Below, piece after piece: positions 25,931-35,686 of a stretch of 64,000 nt of DNA. The notes below the pieces were generated by a model. The model saw only the letters and a list, made by a program, of their open reading frames with translations. It was not told the DNA's origin and made no database searches. Position 1 is the first letter of the stretch. Each line of letters starts with the position of its first letter. A program made the position numbers and the translations under genes. The DNA comes from Sulfurimonas crateris (GTDB taxonomy: Bacteria; Campylobacterota; Campylobacteria; Campylobacterales; Sulfurimonadaceae), in NCBI GenBank assembly GCA_945883795.1, contig CAMCYC010000005.1:6213-70212 (forward strand), given 5' to 3'.

Positions 25931-28344
25931 TTCTCCTCTTCTACATATTTTCTCTCATTTGCAAACTTATCAAAAAATCCAAGTTCCGTACAACCCATGC
26001 ATCCATGTCCAGCTTGCACTGGCCAACTTGTGCCACTATTGAATTTCATGGTTGGACAATTTACATTTGCATACGGACCTTTACACCCCATCTCAAAAAG
26101 GCAATACCCTTTTTTAGCTCCACTATCGCCCCATTCTTGAACAAATTCGCCAAGTTCATAATGTCCTCGCCTTTCGCAATTGTCATGCACTCTTCCTTCA
26201 TACGCCCATAGAGGACGATTAAATTTATCAAGTGGTGGCAACTCTTCAAACATGATATACGATAAAAGTGTTCCAACGATGTTCATAGGATTTGTTGGAC
26301 ATCCTGAAATATTGATAACATCAGTACGCTCAAGTGCAGTGCCTACGCCGACAGCACCTGTTGGATTAGGAGATGCTGCAACCACACCGCCATCAAAAGC
26401 ACAACTTCCCACAGCTATCACAAGTTTTGCATCTTTTGCACATTTTTTTAAAAGCTCTATTCCTGTCTCCCCTTTTGGACCAATTCGTAGATATTTTCCA
26501 TCCATCGCCAGAGGAACAGCACCCTCAACTATAAGGATATATTCCCCTTTTTGATTTTTAATAATATCTTCTAAAATTGTCTCACTTTGGTCACCACTTG
26601 CACTCATAAGAAGCTCATGGTAATCAAGTGAAATATAGTCAAAAATCAAATCTTCAATGGCAGGGTTTGTAGATTTGATAAAAGCTTCAGAGTTTCCGCT
26701 ACAATCGGAGAGTTCAAGCCAAATAATTGGTACTTTGTTGAGTGTTTTTACCCCTTGTTCAACAACTTCTTCAAAATTTGGATGGAGTTGCATGTTTGCT
26801 GTTACCATAGATATCCAACTATTCACTTCGTGTTTGCCTATATCCAAAGATTCTAAAGCAAATTCAAGATTATCAGTTGTGAGGTTATTTCTTGGGTGGA
26901 GTGCATTAAACTTATCTATACGCTTTTGTGCCTGTGCTATCTCTTTTTCTCTTTTTATATCTTCTGGAGTTTTTCGTGGCATGTTTGGGTCGATGAGGTG
27001 CTGGGAATCTTGTATCACATTTGAAACCATCACTTTACATCTGCCACACACTCGTCCTGCTTGGGAAAAATTGGCAAGTTCAGAAAAAGAGGCAATGCCT
27101 GTTTGCGTGACAATATCCACCAAATCCTGATGATACACATGCTCACAACTACAAATAAGTCTCCCTCTTTCTCCAATAAGTCTGTTTTGGTAAAGGTAGT
27201 TTATATCAAGCGTATCACCACTATTTATGAGCGTTTCAATATATCCAACATCGACATTGGAATTTATCCCAATAAATCTAGTGAGTTTGTCATGGTTAAT
27301 AAAATACTCATCTATTCTATTATCAGCTTTTGAGGTGATAAGCACTTTTTCATAGCCAGTTTTGAATTTTGGCGAGTTTACCTCAACTAAATCAAACTCT
27401 CCAACTTTAAGCATGTCAATAGTTACTTCGAGTTTAAAAGCTAAAAGTTCTTTGCCCAAAATATGAGATATTGCACAATCGGCTTGTAAAGTACATTCTT
27501 TTACATGCCCAGCCACAAAGGCAATCTCTGCAACCTCCGCACATTCTCCCACTGCATAGATATTTTTATCTTGGGTTTGCATAAAAAGGTTTGTCAGTAT
27601 CCCTTTGTTGCATGGAACTATATCTCTAAGATTTTCAATATTTGGTTTTATCCCAGTCCCAAAAACTAAAAATAGATTTTCAATCTGAAATTTTTTAGTT
27701 TTTAAAAGTGTTATTTCCCCCTCATGTACCACATAATCAACTATCTCATCTTCATAAGAGATTCTAATTTTGCCCTTTTTTGTGTAACACTCTTCTATGG
27801 TTTTTATGGAGTCTATTGATAAATCTTTACTATAAAGATGACTGCCACGAAGCAGAAGAGTTATCTTCTCAACACGAGGCATTTCGTTTAAAGTCTCAAG
27901 CAATTCAAGCCCTATAGGACCGCTTCCTACTATCACTATTTCACGCCCTTTTAGACCAACTTTGATTATGTCACAATCATCCGCACTTCTAAATACAGCC
28001 GCATTTTTAATATGGCTAATATCAAAGAGCGAAATTGGGAGAGAACCTGTAGCAATAATAAGCTTGTCGTAACTAAACATAGCATTATCTGAAAATACCC
28101 GTTTACTCTCTTTGTCTATTTTATTGATTTTTTGATTTAACTCAAGTCTTACAGTCGGGTCAAGTGGCAAGGATATATCATCTATATTCTGCGTATTATC
28201 GACAAGATTACAAAGATGAATTCTGTCATAAGGAGGATGTTTTTCATCACTTAGAATCGTCACATCCAAACCATAGTTTTGCTTCTTAAGATTATTTGCT
28301 AAATACACTGCAGCGATACCACCACCTATAATTACTACTCGCAT
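25927..28344 (-). CDS. fusion protein: FAD/NAD(P)-dependent pyridine nucleotide-disulfide oxidoreductase, BFD-like [2Fe-2S] domain and [NiFe] hydrogenase small subunit
   Basis: 805 aa. IIGGGIAAV, VGSGPIGLE and YAVGECAEV give the two dinucleotide folds. CSCEHV...CGRCK is BFD-like. Small-subunit motifs are WLELSDCSGNSE, GSCAFDGG, ISGCPTNP, HDNCERRGHY, CLFEMGCKGP, CPTMKFN and GHGCMGC. No Tat signal. ATGA overlap with the large subunit. Confidence 0.85.
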   Translation of the reverse strand: MRVVIIGGGIAAVYLANNLKKQNYGLDVTILSDEKHPPYDRIHLCNLVDNTQNIDDISLPLDPTVRLELNQKINKIDKESKRVFSDNAMFSYDKLIIATGSLPISLFDISHIKNAAVFRSADDCDIIKVGLKGREIVIVGSGPIGLELLETLNEMPRVEKITLLLRGSHLYSKDLSIDSIKTIEECYTKKGKIRISYEDEIVDYVVHEGEITLLKTKKFQIENLFLVFGTGIKPNIENLRDIVPCNKGILTNLFMQTQDKNIYAVGECAEVAEIAFVAGHVKECTLQADCAISHILGKELLAFKLEVTIDMLKVGEFDLVEVNSPKFKTGYEKVLITSKADNRIDEYFINHDKLTRFIGINSNVDVGYIETLINSGDTLDINYLYQNRLIGERGRLICSCEHVYHQDLVDIVTQTGIASFSELANFSQAGRVCGRCKVMVSNVIQDSQHLIDPNMPRKTPEDIKREKEIAQAQKRIDKFNALHPRNNLTTDNLEFALESLDIGKHEVNSWISMVTANMQLHPNFEEVVEQGVKTLNKVPIIWLELSDCSGNSEAFIKSTNPAIEDLIFDYISLDYHELLMSASGDQSETILEDIIKNQKGEYILIVEGAVPLAMDGKYLRIGPKGETGIELLKKCAKDAKLVIAVGSCAFDGGVVAASPNPTGAVGVGTALERTDVINISGCPTNPMNIVGTLLSYIMFEELPPLDKFNRPLWAYEGRVHDNCERRGHYELGEFVQEWGDSGAKKGYCLFEMGCKGPYANVNCPTMKFNSGTSWPVQAGHGCMGCTELGFFDKFANERKYVEEEK

Positions 28345-28489
28345 AAAAGTTTCCCCCCAAATAAAAATATTTCACTTCCTTCATTATAACTTTTTTATCC
28401 GTAGGTGATGCTTATCAGTTATCCCATGTTTCTTTGGTTATTTTTGGCGAAGATATTGGTGCTATAATAATGCATTTAAAAGATAAGGA

Positions 28490-28789
28490 GTGAATATGAA
28501 GACATGTGCTTCATTAGAAGAGGTAAGAGCAGAGATAGATAAAATAGATTTCAATTTAGTTGAGCTTATAGCCCAGAGAAGTCATTTAATTCGTCAAGCT
28601 GCTGGATTTAAAAATAGTATTGATGAAGTGAAAGCAAAAGATAGAATAGATTTTATTCTCCAAAGAGTGCGTCATCATGCTATAGAATTAGGAATATCAC
28701 CAAACACTATCTCTGACCTTTTTACAATCATGATTGATGAAATGGTGGAAACAGAGATTTCAGAGTTTAGAAATAAAGAAGCATTTTAA
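28490..28789 (+). CDS. monofunctional chorismate mutase (AroQ class)
   Basis: 99 aa. LEEVRAEIDKIDFNLVELIAQRSHLIRQAAGFK is typical of the AroQ helix 1. Confidence 0.75.
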   Translation: MNMKTCASLEEVRAEIDKIDFNLVELIAQRSHLIRQAAGFKNSIDEVKAKDRIDFILQRVRHHAIELGISPNTISDLFTIMIDEMVETEISEFRNKEAF

Positions 28790-28864
28790 ATTTTATACAA
28801 TTTAAAATAGTTTTGAGAATAATTGTATGCTAAAATATACCCAATTTTAATTAAAGGACAAAAA

Positions 28865-29746
28865 ATGAAAATTCCATTTTTAATGATTTTTACTTCATTA
28901 TACCTTGTAGCTTCCACAGCATTTATATCTTCAAGTGACTTAAAAGATAAACTCCAAAACAAAACACTTGTTTTACTCGATGTCACAGATGAACTAACTT
29001 ATAAAGCAGGTCATATCCCAAATGCAGTTGGTGTGAATGTAGGTGATTTTAGACATCAAGTAGAAGCGTATCAATTGATGAACGATTCAAAAAGTATAGA
29101 AACTCTTGCACAATCGCTTGGAATTAATAACGATTCAGATATTGTAATTTATGGTCATGGCCAAGAAAAAGAGCTTCTAAAATCTAGTTATATTGCTTTA
29201 GCTCTTATTGTAAATGGCGCAAACAATGTATCTATTTTAGATGGTGGTTATGCTGATTGGTTGTTTGAAAATAAACAGTTGTCTTCAACAAAAACTCCAA
29301 CAATTAAAAAAGGAAATTTTACTGCAAAATTTAATCCTAATATTTTAGTTGATTTAAAATATGTAAATGATTCTATTGGTAAAGTACCAATGTTAGAATC
29401 AAGACCTGCAAAATTTTATTATGGAGAAGAGCAATCTCAAGGTGTTCGTAGATTAGGGCATATTCCAAAAGCCATGACGAGTTTTTGGAAAGATAAATTT
29501 AATTCAGATGATACAGTATTAAATCAGAAAAAACTCAAATCTATTTACTTAGCAGAGCATAAATTAGACCCAAATAAAGAGGTTATTATTTATTGTACAG
29601 GTGGACTTGAAGCTTCTATGAATTGGTATATTGCATATAAAGAGCTTGGTTTTACAAATGTTAAACTTTATGATGCGTCCATGAAAGAATGGGGTAACAG
29701 AGATGATACACCAATGGAAATTACCCCAACACCAGCAAACAAATGA
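28865..29746 (+). CDS. periplasmic tandem-rhodanese sulfurtransferase
   Basis: ATG at 28865 after AAGGA. Signal peptide MKIPFLMIFTSLYLVASTAF. Two rhodanese domains, the second with active-site loop IIYCTGGLEAS. Confidence 0.8.
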   Translation: MKIPFLMIFTSLYLVASTAFISSSDLKDKLQNKTLVLLDVTDELTYKAGHIPNAVGVNVGDFRHQVEAYQLMNDSKSIETLAQSLGINNDSDIVIYGHGQEKELLKSSYIALALIVNGANNVSILDGGYADWLFENKQLSSTKTPTIKKGNFTAKFNPNILVDLKYVNDSIGKVPMLESRPAKFYYGEEQSQGVRRLGHIPKAMTSFWKDKFNSDDTVLNQKKLKSIYLAEHKLDPNKEVIIYCTGGLEASMNWYIAYKELGFTNVKLYDASMKEWGNRDDTPMEITPTPANK

Positions 29747-32184
29747 ACAAATATCTTTCATATACACTAGAGGCGATAGCACTTATCGTCTTTGTGTCTA
29801 TTGTCCCTTTACTTTTTCTTGTTGAAGATTCTACAAGTATTGTTTGGACTATGATTATTCCTCTTTTACCTATTGTTTTTATTACCATTGGATATGCAAA
29901 TTGGAGAAATATTTGTCCACTAGCTTTTTTTTCAAAAATATCACAAACTCTTACATGGATACAAAAAAGAAAAGTACCTGTATGGTTTGAAGAGAATTTT
30001 TATTTTGTTCAATATGGAATACTTTTTTTTTCTTTTTCTTCACGACTTGTTTTTCTTAATTTTGAAAGCGTTTCTTTAGGATTTTTTTTCCTCTTTATTA
30101 TTGCTTCTGCATTTATAGTCAATTTAATCTATACAGGGAAAAGTTGGTGTAACTTTTTTTGTCCTGTTGGTGTTGTTGAAAAAATATATTGTGGTTCTAA
30201 TGCACACAAAAGTGACCAAAACTCTGCATGTAGCACTTGTAGTGCATGTAAATATAATTGTCCTGATATTGACATGGAAAGTAATTATTGGAAAGAGGGT
30301 GTAAATACTCAAAAAACATTTGTTTTTTACTCATTCAGTGGTCTTGTTTTAGGCTTTTATCTCTATTTTTATTTAAAATCTGGTTCATTTGAATATTACT
30401 TTTCGGGTGTGTGGGCGCACCAGAGCATCTCTATTTTTTCACCAGGATTTTTCTTTGCTCCTATTATCCCTTCAATTATTGCTGCACCAATTACTTTAGC
30501 AGTTTTTGCCATGCTAAGTTTTTATATTTTTAAATCAATTGAAAATTTTTTATGGCATAAAAATATTTTTAAAAATATTAGCTATGCAACACTCACACAT
30601 AGAGTCAAAATGGTTGCATCTTTTGTTGCCTTTAATATTTTTTATGCATTTGCTGGTGCACCCGCATATAATCATTATCCAATACTATACGGATTCTTCC
30701 ATTTTTTTGTTATTCTTATGTCTGCTATTGTTCTACATAGTGAATTTTTTAGAGAAGAAAGTTATTTTTTACAAGAAAGATTTGCTATCAAAATGATAAA
30801 AAAATGGGATTTCAATAAACCTATTCCTAGCAATTTAAAAGAGATTTATTATACATACATTAATGAAAACAAAAATACGCTAGATAAGCTTAAAACATAT
30901 AAAGAAACTATTTTAGATTTACTTAAAGAGGGTATTTTAACAGAAGACAGCATGGTGATACTTGAAAAATTACGGGGTCAAATGGGTATTTCAGCAAAAG
31001 AGCATCTTGAAGTTATTCGAACAATAAAATTAAATAATGAATATCTTTTTGATACAAACATAGAAAAATCTATGGAGAAAAAATATCAAAGAAGTAGTTA
31101 TAAAAAAATGATAGAAGATTCACTAGAAGAACATGTTGAGCTTAATACTGCTTTTGTTCAATCGCTACAAAAACAGTTTTGTATCACAGATGAAGTGCAT
31201 AAAGAGATTATGGATAGTATCTTAAATAGCAATGAAAAACTTCATGCTGAAGTGCTCAATTTGCTCAAACAGATGAACTCCTTACGAAGATTACATAAGT
31301 CTATATTAAGCGATGGTTCTCGTGAGATATTCTTTTTGAAATACACTTTGAGAAATGAATTTAGTAAAATATCTACAGATTTATTTACGCTTTTACATAT
31401 CATCTATAAAGATTATAATCTCGATATTAACAATTTACAAAATATGTTTCGATACAAAAATATTGGTCTTAAACTTGATTTAAATAGGAATATGCTTAAT
31501 TTTATGGATGTGAAAATTGCTAATGCTATTTTTGAACTCAAAAAAGATTTTGATTCTATTAGAGAGCTTAAAGAAGTTTCAGACAATGAACCGATAATAA
31601 AATATCTTCTTGCCAATGAATCAACTGAAATAGCCGCGGCGGCTCTTTTATGTGCGATGGATTATAAAAAAGAGTTTTTTGAAAATGTTGATATGGATAC
31701 ATTTACACAATCAGAAAATCTTGAATTAAAAGCATTAGCATATAAAATTTTATTGCAAATAAATCAAATTACGACTTATGAACGGATGATGTATTTACAT
31801 AATATCCCATTATTTGAAACCATTAAGTACCATGAACTCCATCTTTTAGCAAGCTCAACACAAACACTCTCTTTTGAACCTAATAGATATATCATAGAGC
31901 AGGGTGGCGTGGCACATACGCTCTTTATTATCACCTCTGGTCAAGTAAGTGTAGAGGTAGATGGTAAAGAAACTGGTCAACTTGGTGATGAAGATTATTT
32001 TGGTGCAGTTGCTATTTTAGCTGATACAAGAAGAGTGGCTTCGGTAAAATCACTAACGCATGTAACTATGCTTACACTCTCAAAAAATGCATTTAAAAAG
32101 TTTTTGTATGAAAATCCAAGAATTAGTATTAAGCTTATGAAAGAGGTGTTGTTGAAACTAATAGAGAAGCCAAAAGAGGTGTAA
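29743..32184 (+). CDS. polytopic Fe-S membrane protein (NapH/NosR/CcoG-like CX3CP plus ferredoxin motifs) with a C-terminal cyclic-nucleotide-binding domain
   Basis: 813 aa, about 8 TM helices. WRNICPLAFF, WCNFFCPVG and CSTCSACKYNCPD. A helical middle region. C-terminal cNMP domain (IIEQGGVAHTLFIITSGQV...DYFGAVAILADTRRVASVKS). ATGA overlap with the rhodanese gene. Confidence 0.75.
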   Translation: MNKYLSYTLEAIALIVFVSIVPLLFLVEDSTSIVWTMIIPLLPIVFITIGYANWRNICPLAFFSKISQTLTWIQKRKVPVWFEENFYFVQYGILFFSFSSRLVFLNFESVSLGFFFLFIIASAFIVNLIYTGKSWCNFFCPVGVVEKIYCGSNAHKSDQNSACSTCSACKYNCPDIDMESNYWKEGVNTQKTFVFYSFSGLVLGFYLYFYLKSGSFEYYFSGVWAHQSISIFSPGFFFAPIIPSIIAAPITLAVFAMLSFYIFKSIENFLWHKNIFKNISYATLTHRVKMVASFVAFNIFYAFAGAPAYNHYPILYGFFHFFVILMSAIVLHSEFFREESYFLQERFAIKMIKKWDFNKPIPSNLKEIYYTYINENKNTLDKLKTYKETILDLLKEGILTEDSMVILEKLRGQMGISAKEHLEVIRTIKLNNEYLFDTNIEKSMEKKYQRSSYKKMIEDSLEEHVELNTAFVQSLQKQFCITDEVHKEIMDSILNSNEKLHAEVLNLLKQMNSLRRLHKSILSDGSREIFFLKYTLRNEFSKISTDLFTLLHIIYKDYNLDINNLQNMFRYKNIGLKLDLNRNMLNFMDVKIANAIFELKKDFDSIRELKEVSDNEPIIKYLLANESTEIAAAALLCAMDYKKEFFENVDMDTFTQSENLELKALAYKILLQINQITTYERMMYLHNIPLFETIKYHELHLLASSTQTLSFEPNRYIIEQGGVAHTLFIITSGQVSVEVDGKETGQLGDEDYFGAVAILADTRRVASVKSLTHVTMLTLSKNAFKKFLYENPRISIKLMKEVLLKLIEKPKEV

Positions 32185-32193
32185 AACCTCTTT
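32173..32193. terminator. bidirectional rho-independent terminator between the convergent 813-aa gene and infA
   Basis: AAAGAGGT-GTAAA-ACCTCTTT. A T-run follows on the plus strand, and a TTTT run follows on the minus strand (complement of the plus-strand AAAA upstream). Confidence 0.6.
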
Positions 32194-32412
32194 TTATTTA
32201 TAACGATAAGTGATACGCCCTTTATCAAGAGAATATGGGGTTAATTCTAGTTTAACTTTGTCGCCTGGAAGTATTTTGATGTAGTGCATACGCATCTTAC
32301 CTGCAATATGACATAAAATAATATGTCCGTTTTCTAGTTCAACACGAAATGTTGCATTTGGCAAAGCCTCTATAATCTTGCCATCTACTTCGATAACATC
32401 TGATTTAGCCAT
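32194..32412 (-). CDS. infA: translation initiation factor IF-1
   Basis: 72 aa. [30 protein letters not shown]....AGKMR is highly conserved. Confidence 0.97.
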   Translation of the reverse strand: MAKSDVIEVDGKIIEALPNATFRVELENGHIILCHIAGKMRMHYIKILPGDKVKLELTPYSLDKGRITYRYK

Positions 32413-32432
32413 TCTAAGTCCTTCAAATTTCT

Positions 32433-33191
32433 CTAAGCAAGAGATAAAATTTCAGCTTTACCGTTGATAACTGCAACAGTATGCTCGTAATGTGAACCGC
32501 GTAAACCATCGGCACTGACAACATCCCATTTATTCTCTAAAATAAGTGGTTTTGTATCTTTTTGACATATCATGGGTTCCAAACAAAAAACCATTCCATT
32601 TTTTATTTTTGGTCCAGATTTTGCATTGTTACCATCGAGATAATTTGGAATTTCTGGTTCTTCATGTGGTTTTTTTCCAATTCCATGCCCACAAAAATTT
32701 CTCAAAGGAACAAAACCACGAGAAATAATAAACTTTTCCATTAAATGAGAAAGTTCTTTAAATCTCATCCCTTCTTGGATATTATTAATTGCATGATAAA
32801 GAGTATCTTTAGCACAAGCAATTAATGCTTCATCTTCTTGACTTATAGCTCCGACAGCAACTGTAATTGCAGCGTCACCAAACCAACCATCAAGTTCGGT
32901 ACCAATATCAAAACCGATAACATCACCCTCTTGGAGCTTATAATCAGTTGGAATGCCATGAATAATAACTTGGTTAAGTGAAGTGCAAACTGCATTTGGA
33001 AAGCCGTAAAGACCTTTAAAAGAGGGCTTAGCACCATGGGAACGAACATAATCCTCTGCCATGGCATCAAGCTCTTTTAAGCTCATTCCAACTTTAGTAT
33101 TTGCTCGAAGAAGTTCTAACGCACCACCAACAATTTTGTTGGCGGCTCTTAATTTTTCAATTTCAATAGGTTTTCTAAGCGCAATGGCCAT
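32433..33191 (-). CDS. map: type I methionine aminopeptidase
   Basis: 252 aa. Metal-ligand context VIGFDIG, GDAAITV, GHGIG, FCLEPM and HYEHTV. Confidence 0.95.
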   Translation of the reverse strand: MAIALRKPIEIEKLRAANKIVGGALELLRANTKVGMSLKELDAMAEDYVRSHGAKPSFKGLYGFPNAVCTSLNQVIIHGIPTDYKLQEGDVIGFDIGTELDGWFGDAAITVAVGAISQEDEALIACAKDTLYHAINNIQEGMRFKELSHLMEKFIISRGFVPLRNFCGHGIGKKPHEEPEIPNYLDGNNAKSGPKIKNGMVFCLEPMICQKDTKPLILENKWDVVSADGLRGSHYEHTVAVINGKAEILSLA

Positions 33192-33193
33192 TT

Positions 33194-34456
33194 CTATAGA
33201 CCAACAGCACTGAGAGTTTCATATTTACTCATATATATTTGAGCTTCTATTTTTCTCATTGTATCAAGTGCAACTTGTACAACAATTAAAACAGCAGTTC
33301 CACCAAAGAAAAATGGAACACCCATCCCTTTAATAATCATAAATGGGAGTGTCGCAATAAGTCCAAGATATAAAGCACCCGTAAAAGTTAATCTACTTGC
33401 AGTCTCATTTAAAAACTCTTGTGTAGCGTTTCCTGTACGAATACCAGGGATAAATCCACCTTGTCTTTTGAGATTTTCTGAAATATCTTTTGCATTAAAT
33501 GTAATTGAAGCATAAAAAAATGCAAAAAATACAACAAAAATAAATGTCAAAAAATTAAAAAAATAACTATTTGGATTTAAAAAATCTGCAATTACTTGAA
33601 CTGTTGGATTAGTACTGCTTGATAAAATTGTCATAGGAAACATAAGTATTGCACTAGCAAAAATAACTGGAATAACTCCTGCTAAGTTCACTTTAATAGG
33701 AATATAGTTCATTATTCTTTTCTTTTGATTTTGTAACATAGTCTTTTTAGCATAAGTTACAGGTACACGACGCTCACCTAATTCTACATATATAATCACC
33801 GCTACAGTGCCAAAAATAAGTGCTAAAATTGCAAGCACTGTGAAAAAACTCATAGCACCCGTATTAACCATTGTAATTGTTTGACCTATTGCAGTTGGTA
33901 AAGCAGAAACAATACCAGCAAAAATGATGAGTGAAATACCATTACCAATACCACTTTGCGTTATTTGCTCACCAATCCACATAAGAAGCATAGTTCCAGC
34001 TAACATGGAAATAGCAGAGACTAAGATAAATGTATTATGGTCAGCCAAAATAGCACTATTACCAGTAGGACCTGTTAAACTCTGTAGTCCAACACTTACA
34101 CCAACAGCCTGAATTAAAGTAATTACAATTGTAGCATAACGGATAATTTGCATATATTTTGTCATGCCATCTCTTTCTTTTTTCATTTGACCAAGAGAAG
34201 TAAATGTAGCAGCTAAGAGTTCCATAATAATTGATGCAGTGATGTAAGGCATAATACCTAGAGAGATAATGGAGAGTCTTGATATAGCATTTCCGCTAAA
34301 CATGTTAAACATGCCAAGAGCGTCTGATTGGTGTGAATCGAAAAATGAAGCTATAACAGCAGTATCTACGCCAGGGACTGGCACATATGCCAGTAGGCGG
34401 TAGATAAATAAAAACCCTATTGTAATAAGTATCTTATTAACTAGATTTTTATTCAC
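33194..34456 (-). CDS. secY: preprotein translocase subunit SecY
   Basis: 420 aa, 10-TM profile. LGIMPYITASIIMELL motif and its position in the operon. Confidence 0.97.
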   Translation of the reverse strand: MNKNLVNKILITIGFLFIYRLLAYVPVPGVDTAVIASFFDSHQSDALGMFNMFSGNAISRLSIISLGIMPYITASIIMELLAATFTSLGQMKKERDGMTKYMQIIRYATIVITLIQAVGVSVGLQSLTGPTGNSAILADHNTFILVSAISMLAGTMLLMWIGEQITQSGIGNGISLIIFAGIVSALPTAIGQTITMVNTGAMSFFTVLAILALIFGTVAVIIYVELGERRVPVTYAKKTMLQNQKKRIMNYIPIKVNLAGVIPVIFASAILMFPMTILSSSTNPTVQVIADFLNPNSYFFNFLTFIFVVFFAFFYASITFNAKDISENLKRQGGFIPGIRTGNATQEFLNETASRLTFTGALYLGLIATLPFMIIKGMGVPFFFGGTAVLIVVQVALDTMRKIEAQIYMSKYETLSAVGL

Positions 34457-34458
34457 AA

Positions 34459-34857
34459 CTATTTACCTGTTGTAGTAACATTTTCGTCTTTAATTTTTGA
34501 TGCCAACTCTTTTGCGCTTGCACCAACTAATTTAACTTTTGTAACATTGTCAGAAACTCTGTAAACACTACGGATAGTTTCCATTGTGATTTCAGCAAGT
34601 TCAGCGATTACGCCAACTTTTTCTACATTAATTACGAACGGTTTTACAACTCGAGATGTAAAACCAATTTTTGGTAATCTTCTTGCAAGTGGAGTTTGTC
34701 CACCTTCGAAGTTTCTTTTTCTGCTACTACCGCTACGAGCAGTTTGCCCTTTTCCACCGCGTGTAGAAGTTTTACCCATACCCGAACCACAACCACGACC
34801 AACACGCTTTGTTGCATGTGTTGAACCTTCAGAAGGTGTTAAATTTTCAATACCCAT
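34459..34857 (-). CDS. rplO: 50S ribosomal protein L15
   Basis: 132 aa. [19 protein letters not shown] motif. spc operon order. Confidence 0.95.
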   Translation of the reverse strand: MGIENLTPSEGSTHATKRVGRGCGSGMGKTSTRGGKGQTARSGSSRKRNFEGGQTPLARRLPKIGFTSRVVKPFVINVEKVGVIAELAEITMETIRSVYRVSDNVTKVKLVGASAKELASKIKDENVTTTGK

Positions 34858-34860
34858 TTT

Positions 34861-35304
34861 CTACCCTTTGATACGAGAAAGTGCTTCGATTGTAGCACGA
34901 ACTAGTGTATTTGGATTGTTTGAACCTATAGATTTTGTTAGCATATCTTGAAAACCTGCAAGTTCAAGTACTGGACGAGCCGCACCACCTGAGATTAAAC
35001 CAGTACCTTCAGATGCTGGTTTTAACAAAATTCTACTAGCATTATATTTATGCTCAATATCATGTGCAATTGTTGTACCTTTAATTTTAACCGTTGTTAA
35101 ATTTTTAAAAGCGTTATCAACTGCCTTACGGATTGCATCTGGAACTTCTTTCGCTTTTCCAACGCCATATCCTACAGTCCCTTTTTTGTTACCAACTACA
35201 ATAAGTGCAGTGAAACGAAAACGGCGACCACCTTTTACAACTTTTGTTACACGACCAATATTTACTATCGCTTCTTCAAACTCTTCTCTGTTAATTTCAA
35301 CCAT
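34861..35304 (-). CDS. rpsE: 30S ribosomal protein S5
   Basis: 147 aa. [24 protein letters not shown] motif. Confidence 0.96.
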   Translation of the reverse strand: MVEINREEFEEAIVNIGRVTKVVKGGRRFRFTALIVVGNKKGTVGYGVGKAKEVPDAIRKAVDNAFKNLTTVKIKGTTIAHDIEHKYNASRILLKPASEGTGLISGGAARPVLELAGFQDMLTKSIGSNNPNTLVRATIEALSRIKG

Positions 35305-35313
35305 TATCAGCCC

Positions 35314-35670
35314 CTAAAACTTAATTTCGTTAGCACGAAGTGCATCACCAAATGCAGCAATAACGCCGTGATATTGGTAACCATTACGATCAAATACAAT
35401 TGAAGATAAGCCAGCCTCTTTAAGTTTAGCAGCAAATGCCTCACCTAGTGCAGTTGCACCCTCTTTATTTACTCTATGGCCAATTGCTTTTGAATTAAGT
35501 GCAGCTAATGTTGTAGCACTTACATCATCAATAGCTTGTACACTTAAATAGCGGTTTGAACGAAATACAGAAACACGAGGAAGTACAGTACTGCCCGATA
35601 TTTTTGCACGAACACGACGCTTTCGTTTTAAACGATTAGCTACTTTAGCTTTTAATACTTTTGCATTCAT
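35314..35670 (-). CDS. rplR: 50S ribosomal protein L18
   Basis: 118 aa. RKRRVRAKI...[15 protein letters not shown] and [13 protein letters not shown]. Confidence 0.95.
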   Translation of the reverse strand: MNAKVLKAKVANRLKRKRRVRAKISGSTVLPRVSVFRSNRYLSVQAIDDVSATTLAALNSKAIGHRVNKEGATALGEAFAAKLKEAGLSSIVFDRNGYQYHGVIAAFGDALRANEIKF

Positions 35671-35686
35671 TTCTTAATCCCTTCCC

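Noticed and set aside
24250-27333. Several plus-strand and minus-strand internal ORFs lie within the hydrogenase genes (for example 24250..24453, 25379..25642, 25503..25742, 25877..26211, 26061..26276, 26180..26554, 26657..27130, 27061..27333).
   Set aside because: They lie entirely inside strongly motif-supported hydrogenase ORFs and have low-complexity or unrecognisable translations. They are most likely shadow ORFs.
34857-34861. No rpmD (L30) gene lies between rpsE and rplO.
   Set aside because: As far as I recall, absence of L30 is normal for epsilonproteobacteria, so this is not a deletion specific to this window.
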